Shown piece after piece: positions 36,299 to 38,564 of a stretch of DNA of 38,564 nt (its first letter is position 1; every line of letters starts with the position of its first letter). Source of the DNA: a virus. Taxonomy: Duplodnaviria; Caudoviricetes. A model generated the notes under the pieces. The model had not been told where the DNA came from, searched no databases, and was given only the letters and a program-made list of their open reading frames with translations. The DNA is taken from positions 1 through 38,564 of the IMG/VR virus record IMGVR_UViG_3300044847_000031; one strand, given 5' to 3'. The translations under genes and the position numbers were made by a program.

Positions 36299-36675
36299 AA
36301 AGCTAATCCTTTCTTGGCACGGTACCTTCTTCTGGCCCCTATCCGTGAACATTCGGAACAACGGCGACGACGGTTGGATTTGCTTACATAAAACCCGACG
36401 ATTTCTATTGAATGATCTCGCCTGCAACGCTTTCCAAGACGATTATGAAGAGTCCCATGTTCGCTGACGGTTACAGGAATGAGGTGCCGAGGGTTGTAGC
36501 ATCTCTTGTTCTCGCACATATGGTGAAGCTGCAAGGTCCTCGGAATCTCGCCATTAATCGCCTCCCAAGTCTGTCGGTAGACCCTATAAGTTTTTCCTTG
36601 CCAGCCCATCACCGGGTAACCGCTGCTATCAGCTGCGCCAGTCCAAATCCAACAGTTCTCTGCGGCCGTATTCAA
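36295..36675 (-). CDS. HNH homing-type endonuclease
   Basis: CWIWTG...GY...LHHMCENKRCYNPRHL motif plus C-terminal C...H...CSEC; visibly more AT-rich than its flanks. Confidence 0.8.
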   Translation of the reverse strand: MNTAAENCWIWTGAADSSGYPVMGWQGKTYRVYRQTWEAINGEIPRTLQLHHMCENKRCYNPRHLIPVTVSEHGTLHNRLGKRCRRDHSIEIVGFYVSKSNRRRRCSECSRIGARRRYRAKKGLAL

Positions 36676-36887
36676 GAGAATAGTTCTCCCTGCGCCTGTA
36701 CTTCACAATACGGGTCAATGTAGGGGTGGGAATGCACAGTCTGACCGCAATGGACAAGGATCGGATGCTGGTTCTTCACCGTGAAGCCGAACACCCACGA
36801 CATGGCGGACCACCAATCAGTCATCCAGCACTCGTGGACGCGGGGGGAACCGTGGCAGTCGCAGAGAGGACGGTGCCTAATCGTCAC
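36672..36887 (-). CDS. Small Cys/His-rich hypothetical protein
   Basis: Coupled ORF ending QGELFS. Confidence 0.45.
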   Translation of the reverse strand: MTIRHRPLCDCHGSPRVHECWMTDWWSAMSWVFGFTVKNQHPILVHCGQTVHSHPYIDPYCEVQAQGELFS

Positions 36888-37297
36888 CGCTTCCGCCTCT
36901 CCTCGGCCAGAGCAGCCTCCACCGCCGCCCTGCGATCGGCCAGGACGCGGTGGGCTACTTGAACAGCCTCTGTGAGTGGCGGCTGCGAGTCGTCCCTTCC
37001 TTCATCAAACCATGTTGCCTCTATTTCTCTCGCGCACTCCTCCACCTCCTCCGATAGCGGCGCGGGCGGCTCATGTGCGCAGCGGGGATCGCGGTAGGGA
37101 TGCGAACGTTTCGTCCCGCATCGGACACATCTATTATCTATTAGGTTGGCCGTGAACGTTGGGCAGCAATCGCAATTCTGCGCGTGCCACCAATCCTGGA
37201 TGGCGTCGAATAAATCTTCAAGCTCCTGCCGTTTTCGCCCGTAGATTCGATTGTCCGCCATCCACTGAGCCAGCGCCCTCCGCTTCGCCTCGGTCAT
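36884..37297 (-). CDS. Hypothetical protein with Cys motifs
   Basis: CDCC, CVRC; coupled ORF. Confidence 0.5.
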   Translation of the reverse strand: MTEAKRRALAQWMADNRIYGRKRQELEDLFDAIQDWWHAQNCDCCPTFTANLIDNRCVRCGTKRSHPYRDPRCAHEPPAPLSEEVEECAREIEATWFDEGRDDSQPPLTEAVQVAHRVLADRRAAVEAALAEERRKR

Positions 37298-37488
37298 GGC
37301 TTCTCCGTTTGAGCTGCTTCTATCCGCTCCTGAACGGCCCTACGGAAAACATCCAGGGCTTCCATCGTGGATGGTTCCAGCGCGATCTTGTGGACCGGGT
37401 CTTGTGCTCTGGTATCGAGCCAGATTTGATAACCGTCGAACGAGGCGTAGATACCATCACCGAGGTAAGTATCTGGAATCAGCTTCAT
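37294..37488 (-). CDS. Small hypothetical phage protein
   Basis: MKLIPDTYLGDGIYASFDGYQIWL from ATG 37488 with GGAGG upstream. Confidence 0.65.
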   Translation of the reverse strand: MKLIPDTYLGDGIYASFDGYQIWLDTRAQDPVHKIALEPSTMEALDVFRRAVQERIEAAQTEKP

Positions 37489-37499
37489 CCTACCCTCCC

Positions 37500-37767
37500 A
37501 GCCGCCGGTGGCTTGCCCGCGGCTCAGTTTGTGCAGGCGGGGCCGAGATCTCGTCCACGTCCGTGTGTTCTGTAGCGTCTTGATTCGGCCGCCCGCCTGC
37601 GTCTCCTCGCATCCTGGGGCCGGATTCCCCACCCGGCTCCCTGCCTAACTGATTTAGAGTTGCGGCAGCAATCAGTAGGCACAACCCCGGCGCTGCCGCG
37701 CCGCCCAGGATGCTTCTCCTAGGCCGCCCCGGGAGTCGGATTTGAACCGACGCCTGGACGGCATCTC
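37500..37767 (-). ncRNA. Structured intergenic element with a tRNA-like T-loop hairpin
   Basis: GTCGG-TTCAAAT-CCGAC (minus, 37751-37735) on an extended stem, plus at least three further long stems. Confidence 0.4.
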
Positions 37768-38265
37768 CTACTTGATCGCCTTTACCTTGCACGCCATGCA
37801 GCTCCCACACGCGCCTCCGCACCCTGCCACGCTTCCACCCTTGCCCGGCGTGCCAATCCAGATCGTGTTGGTGCAGACGCAGGTCATGGTCGTGTCCTCA
37901 ACGGCGTCCCCAGGAGACGCGATTCGGAGACTGACGGCCTTTGACGCCAGATCAGGCCTTCCGGCATTCTGCGCGATCAGCGTGACGGCGTTGTAAACGG
38001 AGATGGTGAACTCGTCGCGCTTCTGAGGATCTGGGCGATGGAACGGCACGAGGACCTGGCCGATCTGCGCGTCTCCTTCCATGAGCGTTACGCAGTAGCC
38101 CAGGCCGTGACCGTCCAGGCCATTCATCGGCAGAGGCGCGCCGCGGTCTGCCGTTGGGGTGGGATGGCCATCCGCCTTCTGAGCGGGCGGGATGAACGCG
38201 ACCGCGAGCGCGAACACGAGCCAGAGAAGTAGATGTGGGACGAGCCGTTTCATGTTCTGCTTCAT
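37768..38265 (-). CDS. Secreted/membrane protein with Cys-rich C-terminus
   Basis: Signal-like LLLWLVFALAVAF; CVC...GCGGACGSCMAC; GAGG SD. Confidence 0.6.
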   Translation of the reverse strand: MKQNMKRLVPHLLLWLVFALAVAFIPPAQKADGHPTPTADRGAPLPMNGLDGHGLGYCVTLMEGDAQIGQVLVPFHRPDPQKRDEFTISVYNAVTLIAQNAGRPDLASKAVSLRIASPGDAVEDTTMTCVCTNTIWIGTPGKGGSVAGCGGACGSCMACKVKAIK

Positions 38266-38303
38266 GGGATCCTCTCAGTGCGGCCTTAGCCGCATCCGAT
38301 CGT

Positions 38304-38564
38304 TCAGGCAGCCTTCTCCCCCAGGGGATCGATGAGGTGGTCAAGTAAACGCAAGGCCGAGGATTGCAGCGAGTTGACGGTGGGCTGAAGTTTCTTCTTG
38401 GCGGCGTCCCTGGCGTCGTCCCAGGCGGTGGCCCAGGCGTCGTCCCAGGCGGTGGCCCAGGCGGCGTCCCTGGCGGCGTCCCAGGCGGCGTTCCAGGCGG
38501 CGTCCCTGGCGGCGGCCCAGGCGGCGTCCCTGGCGGCGGCCCTGGCGGCGTCCCTGGCGGCGGC
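38304..38564 (-). CDS. 3' part of the AAWD-repeat protein that begins at 701
   Basis: AAARDAARAAARDAAW...AAKKKLQPTVNSLQSSALRLLDHLIDPLGEKAA* with TGA at 38306-38304; same repeat as at 1-263. Confidence 0.75.
   Translation of the reverse strand, partial: AAARDAARAAARDAAWAAARDAAWNAAWDAARDAAWATAWDDAWATAWDDARDAAKKKLQPTVNSLQSSALRLLDHLIDPLGEKAA
38400..38564. repeat. Degenerate 12-nt coding tandem repeat, same family as 1-263
   Basis: GCGGCGTCCC(T/A)G units. Confidence 0.9.

Noticed and set aside
37690-37790. Complete tRNA gene or attP tRNA fragment
   Set aside because: Only a T-arm is present. There is no matching acceptor 5' strand, D-arm or anticodon arm, and no integrase nearby.

Overview
The window looks like a near-complete, circularly permuted ~38.5 kb genome of a GC-rich short-tailed (podovirus-type) dsDNA phage. 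An outer-membrane beta-barrel gene suggests a diderm host. Both ends lie in the same Ala/Trp/Asp tetrapeptide-repeat gene, where the assembly probably broke. Almost all genes are on the minus strand. An early block (Cro-like HTH, single-strand annealing protein, Cas4-like exonuclease) continues across the junction into HNH, replication initiator and RusA. It is followed by terS/terL, portal, scaffold, major capsid, adaptor, nozzle, two receptor-binding proteins, ejection proteins including a ~1850-aa LPD38-type polyvalent protein, and a lysis/membrane cassette. No integrase, CI repressor or DNA polymerase was recognised. The only plus-strand module (4876-6042) is the most interesting part. It contains a small basic ORF and a stand-alone Cas7/RAMP-like gene (5236-5805), flanked on both sides by non-coding arrays with a 5-nt periodicity (constrained triplet plus variable dinucleotide), divided into ~60-95 nt units by a TCYA(A)G(G/T)GGA motif. 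This is a candidate non-CRISPR RNA-guided system sitting where a lambdoid immunity repressor normally sits. All calls come from motif recognition by eye; no database searches were run.
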